Below, in pieces: positions 1 through 9,204 of a stretch of 46,276 bases of DNA. Position numbers and translations under genes: made by a program. Positions within the stretch are counted from its first letter, which is position 1. Each line of letters starts with the position of its first letter. Origin of the DNA: Candidatus Omnitrophota bacterium (lineage in GTDB: Bacteria; Omnitrophota; Gorgyraeia; Gygaellales; Profunditerraquicolaceae); contig VGKM01000001.1 in the NCBI GenBank assembly GCA_016867005.1, forward strand, positions 1-46,276, in the 5' to 3' direction. The notes below the pieces were generated by a model. It did no database searches and was not told the origin of the DNA. It saw nothing but the letters and a program-made list of their open reading frames with translations.

Positions 1-720
1 GATTTTTGCAGACATCGCATCTTTGCTCAGGTCTTTGTAGAGCCTGCCGTTAAACACCAGGGACATGTCTTGTCTTTCTTCGGAAACAACGATGATCAGG
101 GCATCGGTTTCTTCGCTTAAGCCCAGAGCAGCCCTGTGCCTTGTGCCGAAAATACGGCTGATTTCCTGGCTTTCTGACAGCGGGAAAAGGCAGCCGGCGG
201 CGATCAGCCTGCCGTGCTGAATGATCAGCCCTCCGTCATGCAGTATGCTTTTTGGCGCAAAAATTGTCTGTATCAGGTCAGAGTTTATCTTGGCGTCAAT
301 TTGGACACCGCTTTCAATATACGAAGATAAAGGGTCGTTGTTTTCAATGACGATTAACGCCCCTATTTTCTGTTTGCTGAGCGATTCCGCCGCGTCCGTT
401 ATTTCATTTAATATATATTCGACTTCCTCTTCTTTGAGGTTCGGGATAAACAGGTGTTTCTGGCCTAATCGCGCCAGGCCCTGCCTGATTTCCGGGCTGA
501 AAATCACAAGTAATGCTATGACCGAAATTGCAAATAGCTTTGTGAACAGCCAGTCCAGGACCTGAAAGTTCAATTTTTGGAACAGGAGAAACGCGATGAT
601 GATTATGATGATGCCGCGTAAGGCTTGTATTGCCCGTGTGCCTACAAAAAAAAGCATGATATAGTAAAGCACAAACCATAAGATCAGTATTTCAAAAACC
701 GGCTTCCAGTATGCGGTCAA
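1..720 (-). CDS. cdaA: Diadenylate cyclase CdaA (c-di-AMP synthase); C-terminal end cut by the window edge
   Basis: Absent from the ORF track because it runs off position 1. My minus-strand translation from TTG (720-718) gives TM-helix sequence (ILILWFVLYYIMLFFVGTRAIQALRGIIIIIIAFLLF). It continues with the DAC domain: LHDGGLIIQHGRLIAAGCLFPLSESQEISRIFGTRHRAALGLSEETDALIIVVSEERQDMSLVFNG (HDG and GTRHRAA motifs). The TTG overlaps the folP stop (TTGA); the exact start is uncertain. Confidence 0.8.
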   Translation of the reverse strand, partial: MTAYWKPVFEILILWFVLYYIMLFFVGTRAIQALRGIIIIIIAFLLFQKLNFQVLDWLFTKLFAISVIALLVIFSPEIRQGLARLGQKHLFIPNLKEEEVEYILNEITDAAESLSKQKIGALIVIENNDPLSSYIESGVQIDAKINSDLIQTIFAPKSILHDGGLIIQHGRLIAAGCLFPLSESQEISRIFGTRHRAALGLSEETDALIIVVSEERQDMSLVFNGRLYKDLSKDAMSAKI

Positions 721-1931
721 CATATGGCGTTCACTCTTTCTGTAATTTTTAAGGCCTGCTTCACTTCTGCTACATCATGTACGCGCAAAATATTGGCCCC
801 GTTTTCGGCTGCAATAATACAAGTGGCGATAGTGCCAAAGATCCTCTCCGAAGGAATTCTCTGCAGGATATTGCCGATAAACGATTTGCGCGAAGTACCT
901 ACCAATATAGGCAGGCCAAGCACTTTAAATTCCTTCAAGCGCCTGATTATCTCTAAATTGTTTTCAGTTGTCTTTCCAAAACCTATGCCCGGGTCGATTA
1001 TTATCTTACTTTTAAGTATGCCGTAAGATAGCGCCTGGTTAACCGATCTATCCAGAAAATCAATGATTTCCTCAATCAATGAAACGTAGCGGGGGTTTTT
1101 CTGCATAGTCCTGGGATTACCCTTCATGTGCATAATAACGACACCGGCTTTATATCGCGCAATTACTTTCAGCATATCGGTGTTTTTTAATCCGGTAATA
1201 TCGTTTATTATGCTTGCCCCGTTATCAAGGGCGATTTTTGCAACTTGTGGTTTAGATGTGTCAATTGATAATGGCGCTTTGATTTTTTTAGCCAGCAGTT
1301 TAACCGCGGGGACGACTCTTTTAATTTCCTCTTTTAAGGATACCGGCTTTGCTTGCGGCCTGGTTGACTCTCCTCCCATATCAATAATATCTGCCCCGTC
1401 AGAAATCATTTTCTGGGCGTGATCAACAATAGCTTCCAACGGCATATGGCTTATGGCCTGCGGCTGGTAGAGCCCGTCTCCGCTGAAAGAATCCGGGGTG
1501 AGATTTATAATTCCCATGATACGGGGCATCCCAGAATTTATTTTTAATCTATGCCGGCTCAGCCCCAGGTTAAATGAATCTTTCTGATAATTGGACAGAG
1601 AATTTGCTAGATCAAGCGAAATTTTATTTAATCCAAAGGGCTGATAGGATAGTTTTTGGCTTAACCTGTTGAATTGAGACATGTTTCCCATTAAAAGGCA
1701 TCCGGTTGTCTTAGCCCTGCCCGTTAATGCATCTCTTGCTATAGCGGCATCAGCCCCGATTGATAATGTTTCCTGCTTCAGTATATTTGCCGCAATGTTT
1801 GACAACGAGTCAATCCTTATCAGAAATGTCAGCGCTTTAGGCGACATGATCTTTATGCCATAAGGGTCTACCTTGATATCCTGCATTACTTTTGAGATTT
1901 CGTTTCTGTTATTAAGTTGTAGGATGCGCAT
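717..1931 (-). CDS. folP: Dihydropteroate synthase with ~130-aa N-terminal extension domain
   Basis: GIINLTPDSFSGDG, DIIDMGGESTRP and ILRVHDV motifs of the pterin-binding DHPS barrel. The N-terminal domain (VDPYGIKIMSPKA...AANILKQETLSIGADAA) resembles the extension seen in long FolP forms of anaerobes. Confidence 0.85.
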   Translation of the reverse strand: MRILQLNNRNEISKVMQDIKVDPYGIKIMSPKALTFLIRIDSLSNIAANILKQETLSIGADAAIARDALTGRAKTTGCLLMGNMSQFNRLSQKLSYQPFGLNKISLDLANSLSNYQKDSFNLGLSRHRLKINSGMPRIMGIINLTPDSFSGDGLYQPQAISHMPLEAIVDHAQKMISDGADIIDMGGESTRPQAKPVSLKEEIKRVVPAVKLLAKKIKAPLSIDTSKPQVAKIALDNGASIINDITGLKNTDMLKVIARYKAGVVIMHMKGNPRTMQKNPRYVSLIEEIIDFLDRSVNQALSYGILKSKIIIDPGIGFGKTTENNLEIIRRLKEFKVLGLPILVGTSRKSFIGNILQRIPSERIFGTIATCIIAAENGANILRVHDVAEVKQALKITERVNAIC

Positions 1932-3774
1932 TTATATCCAGCAAACGCCTGATCTCTTCGCCGCTTAGGACTTCTTTTTCAAGCAATGTATCGGCAAGCA
2001 GCCTTAATTTTGCCTGGTTAGTTTTGATCAATTCCATTGCGCGGGAATAACAGGAATCAATGATACTTTTTACTTCTTCGTCGATTATCCTGGCTGTTTC
2101 TTCGCTGTAGTTTTTTTCTTCCACAATGTCCCTGCCTAAAAATATCGGGCCGTGGCTTTTTCCGAGTGTAATATTCCCCAGGCGCTGGCTCATGCCGAAA
2201 TCGCACACCATCTGCCTTGCCATTAGAGTGGCTGTTTCAAGGTCGCGCCCGGCGCCGGTAGTAATATCTCCGAAATTTGATTCTTCCGATGCCCTTCCTC
2301 CTAAAGCGACGGTAATATCCCCGAGGATTTCCTGTTTCGAACGGTAATTTCTGTCTTCGGTGGGCGGAGTCAAAGTATAGCCGCCGGCCATTCCCCTGGG
2401 TATAATGGAAACTTTTGTAACGGGGTCAACCTCAGGCATTAATAATGACAATATGGCATGCCCGCTCTCATGAATTGCCGTGAGTTCTTTTTCACGCTTT
2501 GACATCACTTTGCTCTTTTTTTCAGGGCCCATCATGACCCGTTCTATGGATGATTCAAGGTCGGACTGTTCAACCGCTTCTTTATTTTTTCTTGCGGCTA
2601 AAAGGGCTGCTTCGTTGCATAAATTCGCCAGGTCCGCACCCGAAAATAACGAAGTGTGCTGGGCGATAATCTTCAGGTCTACGCTTGCAGCAAGTTTTAT
2701 TTTTCTGGTGTGTACTTTTAAAATTGCTTCCCGCCCGGTAATATCAGGCAGGTTTACCACGATCACCCTGTCGAACCTCCCCGGCCTTAACAAAGCAGGG
2801 TCAAGCGTATCGGGACGGTTAGTGGCGGCAATTAATATGAGCCCCTGTTCGGAGGCAAAACCGTCCATTTCCACCAACAACTGATTGAGGGTCTGTTCCC
2901 TTTCGTCGTGGCCGCCGCCGATTCCCGAAAAACGCAGGCGTCCGACAGCGTCAATTTCATCAATGAAAATTATGGCGCCTCTTGAGGAAGTTTTTGCCGC
3001 CTTTCTTCCCTGTTCAAAGAGGTCTCGTACGCGCGAAGCGCCTACGCCAACAAACATTTCCACAAAATCAGAGCCGGATATGCTGAAAAACGGGGCGCCT
3101 GCCTCTCCTGCGACTGCCTTGGCTATCAGGGTTTTTCCGCACCCCGGAGGGCCGACTAATAAAACGCCTTTAGGGATTTTTCCGCCTAATTTTTGAAATT
3201 TTTTCGGGTCTTTCAGGAACTCAATTACTTCCTGTAATTCTTCGCGCGCCTCATCAACTCCGGCGACATCGTTAAAGGTGATTTTTTCTTTGCCTGATTC
3301 TTCGTGGATCTTAGGGCGGATCTTACCGAAGCTCATGACCCGGTTTCCCAGCTGTTCGCCTCGCGCTGCCATAAACCACCAGAATAAGATCAGTAAAAGT
3401 ATGGGGCCTAGATTAAAAAGGAGCGCAGCCAGAAAAGTCCTCGCCGGTTTTACTTCAAAGGGGATCTCTTTCTCCTTTATTAATTTTAAGAGGTCCTGGT
3501 CATTATCCGGTATCAACAGGCGGAATTTAGAATTATCCTGAAACTCGCCAGAAAGCTCATTTTCTACTTTAACAAGGGATTTGATCTTTGCGGGGTCGTC
3601 TTTTAGTGTCTTGTAAAATTCGCTGTAGACCATCTCTTTCGGTACCCCGGTGACTGTAACATTCAATGAACTGAATAACAGGTAAAAGGCGAAAATTACC
3701 AGAAGCCACCCCCATGGGAAGCGGCTGAAATTGCGGTTTTTTTTCTGTTTGGGCTGTTTATTATGGTTTGCCAT
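1912..3774 (-). CDS. ftsH: ATP-dependent zinc metalloprotease FtsH
   Basis: N-terminal TM helices, Walker A GPPGCGKT, Walker [13 protein letters not shown] region, zinc site HESGHA. GGAG Shine-Dalgarno upstream of the ATG. Confidence 0.95.
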   Translation of the reverse strand: MANHNKQPKQKKNRNFSRFPWGWLLVIFAFYLLFSSLNVTVTGVPKEMVYSEFYKTLKDDPAKIKSLVKVENELSGEFQDNSKFRLLIPDNDQDLLKLIKEKEIPFEVKPARTFLAALLFNLGPILLLILFWWFMAARGEQLGNRVMSFGKIRPKIHEESGKEKITFNDVAGVDEAREELQEVIEFLKDPKKFQKLGGKIPKGVLLVGPPGCGKTLIAKAVAGEAGAPFFSISGSDFVEMFVGVGASRVRDLFEQGRKAAKTSSRGAIIFIDEIDAVGRLRFSGIGGGHDEREQTLNQLLVEMDGFASEQGLILIAATNRPDTLDPALLRPGRFDRVIVVNLPDITGREAILKVHTRKIKLAASVDLKIIAQHTSLFSGADLANLCNEAALLAARKNKEAVEQSDLESSIERVMMGPEKKSKVMSKREKELTAIHESGHAILSLLMPEVDPVTKVSIIPRGMAGGYTLTPPTEDRNYRSKQEILGDITVALGGRASEESNFGDITTGAGRDLETATLMARQMVCDFGMSQRLGNITLGKSHGPIFLGRDIVEEKNYSEETARIIDEEVKSIIDSCYSRAMELIKTNQAKLRLLADTLLEKEVLSGEEIRRLLDINAHPTT

Positions 3775-3850
3775 TTTTCTTCTCCACGAAATAAGTTTGA
3801 AATTTTATTATATACTTAACTCCATATAAAATCAAGTATTTATTGAAATC

Positions 3851-4819
3851 TTACCTTCGGCGGAATTTCAGGAAATTGCCTGATTTTAATGCGGAGATCC
3901 TCTTTGGCAGGTCAACAACAGAATTGCTGGGCCGGTTCTGGATCAGGTCTTCTAATTCTTTGATATGTTGCAGGTTTAACCTGCGCGTGTTGCCGCTTAA
4001 TCGGGAAAGCACTGTTCTTAAAACCAGCCTTTGAATAGCAGGATGGAGTTTAGCCAGTTTCTTTAAATCAATGCTATTGTTAAAGCTCCGCGCAGCTTTT
4101 CGGGCCTGGCAATATAAATAATCATAATCCATAGAGGCAGTATCCGCCAGGTTATTCAGTATTTCTAACATATTAACATTGTATTCTTTCATTAATAAAG
4201 GCAATAATTTGTTCCTGATCTTATTCCTGAAGAACATTTCTTCTTTGTTTGTGGGATCTATCCTGGCGCTAATGTTTTTATTTCTGAGATATAATTCAAT
4301 TTCCTTACGGCTGATTTCTAAAAGGGGCCTTATAAATACACACCCGCAAATTTTCCTTTTGGCCCAGATCCCTGACAGCCCATAAAGCCCGGTCCCGCGT
4401 ATTAAGCGCATCAAAACTGTTTCTGCCTGGTCATTAAAGTTGTGCCCCAGGGCGATCTTATCGGCTTTTAGCTTACGGGATAATTTGCAGAGAAAATCGA
4501 TTCTGGCGTTTCTGGCAGCTTCTTCCAGGGATCCTTTATTGGCAGATAGCGACGGATGAGCTTTGCAAATGATCGCCGGAAGTTTTAATTTTTCGGCTAT
4601 TGATTTTACGAACAGGGCGTCGCTGGAAGAATCTTTTCTCAGGCCGTGGTCAAGGTGGGCAATATAGATTTTCAGGGAATATTCATTTTTAAGGCAGCAA
4701 AGCGCGTAGAGTAACGCCAATGAATCAGGCCCTCCGGAAACTCCGGCTAAGACGGCATCATTTTTCTGAATGAGGCCGTATTTTTTTACGGTAAATTTGA
4801 ATTTTTGGATAAAAGGCAT
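3851..4819 (-). CDS. tilS: tRNA(Ile)-lysidine synthetase TilS
   Basis: PP-loop SGGPDS near the N-terminus, then HLDHGLR. I use the ATG at 4819 (MPFIQKF...) rather than the track's TTG at 4855, which overlaps the upstream ORF. Confidence 0.85.
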   Translation of the reverse strand: MPFIQKFKFTVKKYGLIQKNDAVLAGVSGGPDSLALLYALCCLKNEYSLKIYIAHLDHGLRKDSSSDALFVKSIAEKLKLPAIICKAHPSLSANKGSLEEAARNARIDFLCKLSRKLKADKIALGHNFNDQAETVLMRLIRGTGLYGLSGIWAKRKICGCVFIRPLLEISRKEIELYLRNKNISARIDPTNKEEMFFRNKIRNKLLPLLMKEYNVNMLEILNNLADTASMDYDYLYCQARKAARSFNNSIDLKKLAKLHPAIQRLVLRTVLSRLSGNTRRLNLQHIKELEDLIQNRPSNSVVDLPKRISALKSGNFLKFRRR

Positions 4820-4823
4820 GAAT

Positions 4824-5027
4824 TTATTTCGACTTTTTTTTCTTAAGCAGGGCAATAAGGCCGGAAAATATCAAGATTATGCAGACAGCTAAAGCAGCAA
4901 TTGATTTTGGCCCGGTTATATCATTTACGGGTTTACGCATGATAATGTCAAAAGTAGAAATAAAGATTATCCCGAGAACGCCTATTGCAATTAATAATGG
5001 CCCATTCTTTTTCATTTTTCCTCCCAT
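4824..5027 (-). CDS. Small membrane protein (two predicted TM helices), unknown function
   Basis: 67 aa, two hydrophobic stretches (LLIAIGVLGIIFISTF; AALAVCIILIFSGLIALL), tightly packed between neighbours. No recognisable family. Confidence 0.4.
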   Translation of the reverse strand: MGGKMKKNGPLLIAIGVLGIIFISTFDIIMRKPVNDITGPKSIAALAVCIILIFSGLIALLKKKKSK

Positions 5028-5030
5028 TGG

Positions 5031-5525
5031 TTAATAGAGAATATTGCGGGATATGTTGATTTCAACTGTATTTGAAACAGCCGTTTCCGTAAAAATATCA
5101 TCGTCCGGAGAAAGTTTGGTTTTAAGGTCTACGTTAGGCGATGTATATTCAAGGGTCAGTTGATAACTACCGGCCTCCCAGCCGGCAGTGGAGAAACTGA
5201 TTGTTTTCTTTGCTTCTTCCCTCTGCCTGATGTAAATTCTTTTTACCTCCGGGAACAAAGACGGCGAAGTGGATATGGTGACCGGCATAGGTTTGTTTTC
5301 TTCGGCTCTGCCGGTTTTTGTGACTGAAGGTATGCCCATACTCCAGAATAAAATCAAATTCTTGTCAGTTTTATTCTTGAGTGTTGCTTCCAGGGATATC
5401 CTGTCTCCCTTTTTGTATTCAGCTTTTTCAGTCCTTATGACGACCTCAAGGCCCGGGCTATTGCTTAGGGCAAGTTGCGCACCCAGGATAAATAAGCATA
5501 TTCCTAAAATAATTATTTTTAACAT
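5031..5525 (-). CDS. Secreted hypothetical protein (signal peptide, beta-rich)
   Basis: N-terminal signal-like MLKIIILGICLFILGAQLALS; the remainder is beta-strand-like with an Ig-fold feel. No motif recognised. Confidence 0.5.
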   Translation of the reverse strand: MLKIIILGICLFILGAQLALSNSPGLEVVIRTEKAEYKKGDRISLEATLKNKTDKNLILFWSMGIPSVTKTGRAEENKPMPVTISTSPSLFPEVKRIYIRQREEAKKTISFSTAGWEAGSYQLTLEYTSPNVDLKTKLSPDDDIFTETAVSNTVEINISRNILY

Positions 5526-5537
5526 ATTTTTATACTT

Positions 5538-5918
5538 CTACTTTGTTCTTCCGGAAACTTCTTTCAGGGATTTTATAAAAGCCGGGTCAAATTTAAGCCC
5601 GAATCCTTCAGCTTTTTTAACATCCGACCAGCATTTATCATAATCTTTTTTAAAGAAATAAGCAATGGCGCGGTTATAGTATGCCCCGCCGTAATTCGGT
5701 TTATTCTTGATCGCCTCGCTGAATATGGATATGACCTTATCGACTTCTTTCTCGTCAATGTTGATCTGTTTATTTATATATGATTTTTCGGGTTTCTTGG
5801 CAAAGTTCATTGTTTGTTGCACGGGTTTAGTGCTTACCGGCTTTTTTGATTTTACTGTTTTCCCAGTTGCTGAGCATCCGAGCAGGCCAATGCATAGAAA
5901 AATCAAAAATTTCTTCAT
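5538..5918 (-). CDS. Lipoprotein with TPR-like repeat
   Basis: Lipobox LLGCSA. TPR-like consensus GGAYYNRAIAYFFKKDYDKCWSDVKKA. GGAGG Shine-Dalgarno upstream. Confidence 0.6.
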   Translation of the reverse strand: MKKFLIFLCIGLLGCSATGKTVKSKKPVSTKPVQQTMNFAKKPEKSYINKQINIDEKEVDKVISIFSEAIKNKPNYGGAYYNRAIAYFFKKDYDKCWSDVKKAEGFGLKFDPAFIKSLKEVSGRTK

Positions 5919-5950
5919 TTTGCCCTCCTCTTGTTAAGTTATATATAAAA

Positions 5951-5998
5951 AGTTAGTGGCGGCGACTGGTCCTCTATCCAGAGGACTGCGTCGCGTAA
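5951..5998 (-). repeat. Duplicated tRNA 3'-acceptor segment plus hairpin (tRNA-like minihelix, att-scar or terminator)
   Basis: tagtggcggcgactgg occurs at 5954-5969 and again at 6002-6017, which is the tRNA 3' end. On the minus strand the copy reads GCGAC-GCA-GTCCTC-TGGATA-GAGGAC-CA-GTCGC-CGCCACTAAC-TTTTT. Confidence 0.6.
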
Positions 5999-6004
5999 GT
6001 TTAG

Positions 6005-6078
6005 TGGCGGCGACTGGATTTAAACCAGTGACAAATCGGGTATGAGCCGACTACTCTATCAGGCTGAGTTACGCCGCC
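6005..6078 (-). tRNA. tRNA with CAT anticodon, elongator tRNA-Met type (G1:C72, so not an initiator)
   Basis: Hand-folded cloverleaf: GGCGGCG TA ACTC AGCCTGATA GAGT A GTCGG CTCATAC CCGAT TTGTC ACTGG TTTAAAT CCAGT CGCCGCC A. No encoded CCA. Atypical D- and T-loops. Confidence 0.75.
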
Positions 6079-6124
6079 CTTAATTTTCAAACACTAATTT
6101 TATCACAAAACCAACAAAAAGCAA

Positions 6125-7075
6125 TTACTTAAGTATCTGCGATATTTCGTAGATTAAGCCGCCTGAAATCTGAGGAGACGGAAAAAGTAATTTCCTTGCC
6201 GTTGCTTTTACATCTGTTTTGCCGTTGCCTTTTTTCAATTCAAGCTTTATATCCGCATCGCGGATTTTTCCTGTTATTATGCCCGTTTTCTTGTCAGCAT
6301 TTGAAACTTCACCGAGAGTTTTAATTGCGCTTAAGGCGGCATCAAAAACCTTATCGGAGCTTGAGTAAAATTTCATCTCCGTATAATCTTTAGACGTAAA
6401 TATAAAAGCCGCGGCAACAGGCGCAAAAGCAACGCCCGTGAAACTAGCTACCCCGTAAATACCGGCACTTTTAATCGCGGTATGCTTTAGGGACTCAACC
6501 AGGATTAAGCTGATGAGTTGTTCGGCGCTGGTGAGGTTTTTGTACACCCTGTCTTTGATACCCAGGTCATAGCCGTCGATAATTATTTTGTCTTTCGGCT
6601 TCAGTTCTTTGTAAATGACCCAGCCGATATTCAGTTTTAATTCGTCTATCTGCATATCTGTCTGTTTTTTTGCAGTGGGTTCTTTCTTATCCCCATCTTT
6701 TTTCGCGATCTTCAAAGCGTCGACATTCAGAGTGCCATCCAGGTTCTTGATGATCACTGCCTGTTTTAGGTCGATTTCCATTTCTTGAATATGCAATTTG
6801 CCTTTAAAGATAGATGATAATTCGCAGTCTACTTTGATGCGGGGGATATCAAGCAGGACACTATTGGGAAAACCGGCCGGATTGTAGAGTTTAAAGTTCT
6901 TGATGTCAATTTTTTGCTGCATTAGGCCCAGAGACAGGTTTCCGATCTCTGTTTTAGCGCCGGTTAAGTTTGTGACTACGCCTGTAATAACTGACTTGAT
7001 CAGGTTGTCGCGGAACACCGAGAGTAAGAAAATGAAGATTATTACGATTAAAATGATGATAATCGTTTTTTTCAT
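6125..7075 (-). CDS. Membrane-anchored hypothetical protein, AsmA/DUF748-like N-terminal region
   Basis: N-terminal TM helix, then repeated beta-rich segments (IGNLSLGLMQQKIDIKNFKLYNPAGF) reminiscent of AsmA-like proteins. The C-terminal half is unassigned. Confidence 0.5.
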   Translation of the reverse strand: MKKTIIIILIVIIFIFLLSVFRDNLIKSVITGVVTNLTGAKTEIGNLSLGLMQQKIDIKNFKLYNPAGFPNSVLLDIPRIKVDCELSSIFKGKLHIQEMEIDLKQAVIIKNLDGTLNVDALKIAKKDGDKKEPTAKKQTDMQIDELKLNIGWVIYKELKPKDKIIIDGYDLGIKDRVYKNLTSAEQLISLILVESLKHTAIKSAGIYGVASFTGVAFAPVAAAFIFTSKDYTEMKFYSSSDKVFDAALSAIKTLGEVSNADKKTGIITGKIRDADIKLELKKGNGKTDVKATARKLLFPSPQISGGLIYEISQILK

Positions 7076-7092
7076 CTTTGCTCTCCTTTCTT

Positions 7093-7479
7093 TTATCTGA
7101 ATATTTTTCTGAAAAATAGAATATAGCCGACAGCAACTGCATTTAAGGAAGTGATCAATACGACCGCTGCAGCTATATCTTTGATCAATTTGACGAGAGT
7201 ATGGTATTTTCTTACAGAGATATCGATCAGCAGTTCAATGGCGGTATTAAAAATTTCCGCGATAAAGACCAGCGTGACTGTAATACATAACACTGCCAGC
7301 TCCATCGCGCTTAATTTTAAATAGATCCCGAGCAAAAACGCTGCAAGGCCCGTAAGGAAAATAATGCGCATGTTGCGATGGTACAGAAAAAGGTACATTA
7401 CTCCTATCAGGGCAAGTTTCATGCTTCGTAATAAGCCGCTAAACCTGAAAATATGCCTGAGTACTTTTGTCCGCCTCAT
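7093..7479 (-). CDS. dgkA: Diacylglycerol kinase / undecaprenol kinase family (DgkA)
   Basis: Three TM helices and the AEIFNTAIELLID motif typical of prokaryotic DAGK. The ATG at 7479 overlaps the acsE stop as ATGA; the longer track ORF was rejected. Confidence 0.8.
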   Translation of the reverse strand: MRRTKVLRHIFRFSGLLRSMKLALIGVMYLFLYHRNMRIIFLTGLAAFLLGIYLKLSAMELAVLCITVTLVFIAEIFNTAIELLIDISVRKYHTLVKLIKDIAAAVVLITSLNAVAVGYILFFRKIFR

Positions 7480-8264
7480 TTTTTCTTGAATGCCTCCAGG
7501 TATGAATCGCAATATATCTGTTTATTTAGTATAAGTTCTGCGGTTATTGCAGCGTCAAGTAGTTCGCGGTCAAGAGGGTCAAGTATGGCCGCATCAAGGC
7601 CGCTTTCCAGCGCCATTACCAGAAATGTCCTGTTAATCAGGTTTCTTGCGATTGCCCCTTGTGAGACATTGCTTAATCCGACTATTGTTTTGGGGCTTGG
7701 CTCGGAAATGATCTTGAATTCTTTAATTGCTTCCAGGATCTCCCTTGTCTGGGCCTGTGCTACGTTTACCGGCATGACGATTGGGTCGATATAAAGTTCT
7801 TCTACGGGGTATCCCTGTTCAACACAGCTTGAAACGATCATCGCTGCCAATTCCAGCCGCTGGTCTTTGTTCTGAGGTATGCCTTTTGTGCTGATAGTAA
7901 GGCCTATCAATTTAGAATTATATTTTTTTGCAAGCGGGATGAGTTTATCCAGTTTGTCCTGGTCAGCAGTGGTGGAATTGATAATTGATTTATTTTTTAA
8001 TGCCTTAAGCCCTGCTTCGATTACTTCCGGTTTGCTTGAGTCAAGCGACAGCGGCCTATCTGTCACTTCCTGTATCGCTTCAACAAGCCATACTATATCT
8101 TCAGCCGGCTTACGCGATGCAGGGCCGCAATTGACATCCAGCGCATCTGCCCCGGCATTTATTTGTTCCAAGGCGCATTTCTTTATTATCTCTTTGTTCT
8201 TTTCTTTTATCGCCTTGCCGATATTTGCATACATTCCGTTTATCAATTCGCCGATAATAAGCAT
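7476..8264 (-). CDS. acsE: Methyltetrahydrofolate:corrinoid/iron-sulfur protein methyltransferase (MeTr)
   Basis: Pterin-binding barrel, N-terminus MLIIGELINGM...DALDVNCG, 262 aa as in AcsE. Sits in an acsC/acsD context. Confidence 0.85.
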   Translation of the reverse strand: MLIIGELINGMYANIGKAIKEKNKEIIKKCALEQINAGADALDVNCGPASRKPAEDIVWLVEAIQEVTDRPLSLDSSKPEVIEAGLKALKNKSIINSTTADQDKLDKLIPLAKKYNSKLIGLTISTKGIPQNKDQRLELAAMIVSSCVEQGYPVEELYIDPIVMPVNVAQAQTREILEAIKEFKIISEPSPKTIVGLSNVSQGAIARNLINRTFLVMALESGLDAAILDPLDRELLDAAITAELILNKQIYCDSYLEAFKKK

Positions 8265-8265
8265 T

Positions 8266-9204
8266 TTAACTCCCGAATAATTCCTGAATATGGCTGTTTA
8301 TTTTCTCGATAGCTTTAGGATGGCGCATTACCAGAATATCGGCCCCGGCCTCAAGAAGCGCTATTGCCGTTACCTGTTCCCAGATTATCCCCTGCTGGCT
8401 TTCTTCTACTTTTGTTTCTTTGGCACGCCATGCCTCTTGTCCGATAAAGCAGATAAACGGGCACGCCAGGGTTTTATCACCGGAAAGGGCAGCAAGCCGC
8501 GCGCGTTCCATGATTGAGTAGGCGTATTCAAGGCCGTAACCAAGGGCGCCGATAGTAGGGTTAATGACGATGCGTTCCAATGAAAGCCCCATATCGGAAA
8601 TAAGGATATTCAGTTGTTTGGCGATATTTATATCGATCGGCGATTCTGCGATAATGTTATGCCCGTCTGCTAAAACAGCAGCAGTCAGGGTTTTATAATT
8701 TTCCTGTACCGCATCACCGATAAGGCATTTTTCTCCCTTTGCCGCTTCTGAACATGCGGGTAAGATTTCGTTATCCTTTTCATTGTCGCCGCATCCGTAA
8801 ATAATCAGCGGAACGGAAACTTTTTTCAGTAATTGCGAAATAAGCCCGGCTTCTTCTTTTGCGGTTTTATTACCGAAGTCAGGGTGCGCCCCCTGTAGTT
8901 TTATACAAAGCAATTCCGCTTTGTGATCGTTAACACATTTTTCTGCCCAAACGACAGGGTCTTTTAAGCTTGTTCCATATTCTTTGATAAGCTCAGGATG
9001 CCAATCATCCGGAGAAATATCCCATATTTCAAAAGCAACAACCGGTTTGTTAGGTATTTGGCCCTCTTTAAATAGAAAGGGAAGAGTTTTCTGGCCGCCT
9101 ACTTTGATTATTGCCGAACGGCTCCCGCCTTCGTTTTTAAGTGCGCCGATTGTGACCGAGCTGACGGTACCCGGCCACTTCTCTATCAAAACTTCTTCTG
9201 CCAT
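8266..9204 (-). CDS. acsD: Corrinoid iron-sulfur protein small subunit (CdhD/AcsD)
   Basis: Size (~310 aa), TIM-barrel-like sequence and position beside acsE, cooC and acsC. Recognised as the acetyl-CoA decarbonylase/synthase delta subunit type. Confidence 0.8.
   Translation of the reverse strand: MAEEVLIEKWPGTVSSVTIGALKNEGGSRSAIIKVGGQKTLPFLFKEGQIPNKPVVAFEIWDISPDDWHPELIKEYGTSLKDPVVWAEKCVNDHKAELLCIKLQGAHPDFGNKTAKEEAGLISQLLKKVSVPLIIYGCGDNEKDNEILPACSEAAKGEKCLIGDAVQENYKTLTAAVLADGHNIIAESPIDINIAKQLNILISDMGLSLERIVINPTIGALGYGLEYAYSIMERARLAALSGDKTLACPFICFIGQEAWRAKETKVEESQQGIIWEQVTAIALLEAGADILVMRHPKAIEKINSHIQELFGS

Noticed and set aside
221-679. Track ORFs 221-565 (+) and 404-679 (-)
   Set aside because: Both overlap the cdaA reading frame, which gives clear TM helices and DAC-domain motifs. 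Their own translations are low-complexity or odd, with no motifs.
3851-4855. Longer N-termini given by the track for tilS (4855), dgkA (7512), mgtC (15244), gatC (21447), lepB (33259) and pheA (39651)
   Set aside because: For tilS and mgtC I checked that the extension starts at a non-ATG (TTG) codon. All six extensions overlap the upstream gene and add non-homologous residues. The internal ATGs restore canonical N-termini, and for dgkA and lepB they form ATGA-type couplings with the upstream stop.
5951-5998. Possible second tRNA gene next to tRNA(CAT)
   Set aside because: Only the 3' acceptor strand is duplicated. No D-arm or anticodon arm can be folded, so it is reported as a repeat or minihelix rather than a tRNA.
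9186-9204. Short gene overlaps (cooC/acsD 19 nt, folP/ftsH 20 nt, plsY/pgsA 32 nt) as possible frameshift or recoding sites
   Set aside because: Each partner has an independent start codon and a full-length domain. No slippery heptamer or fused-domain logic was seen, so this is ordinary translational coupling.
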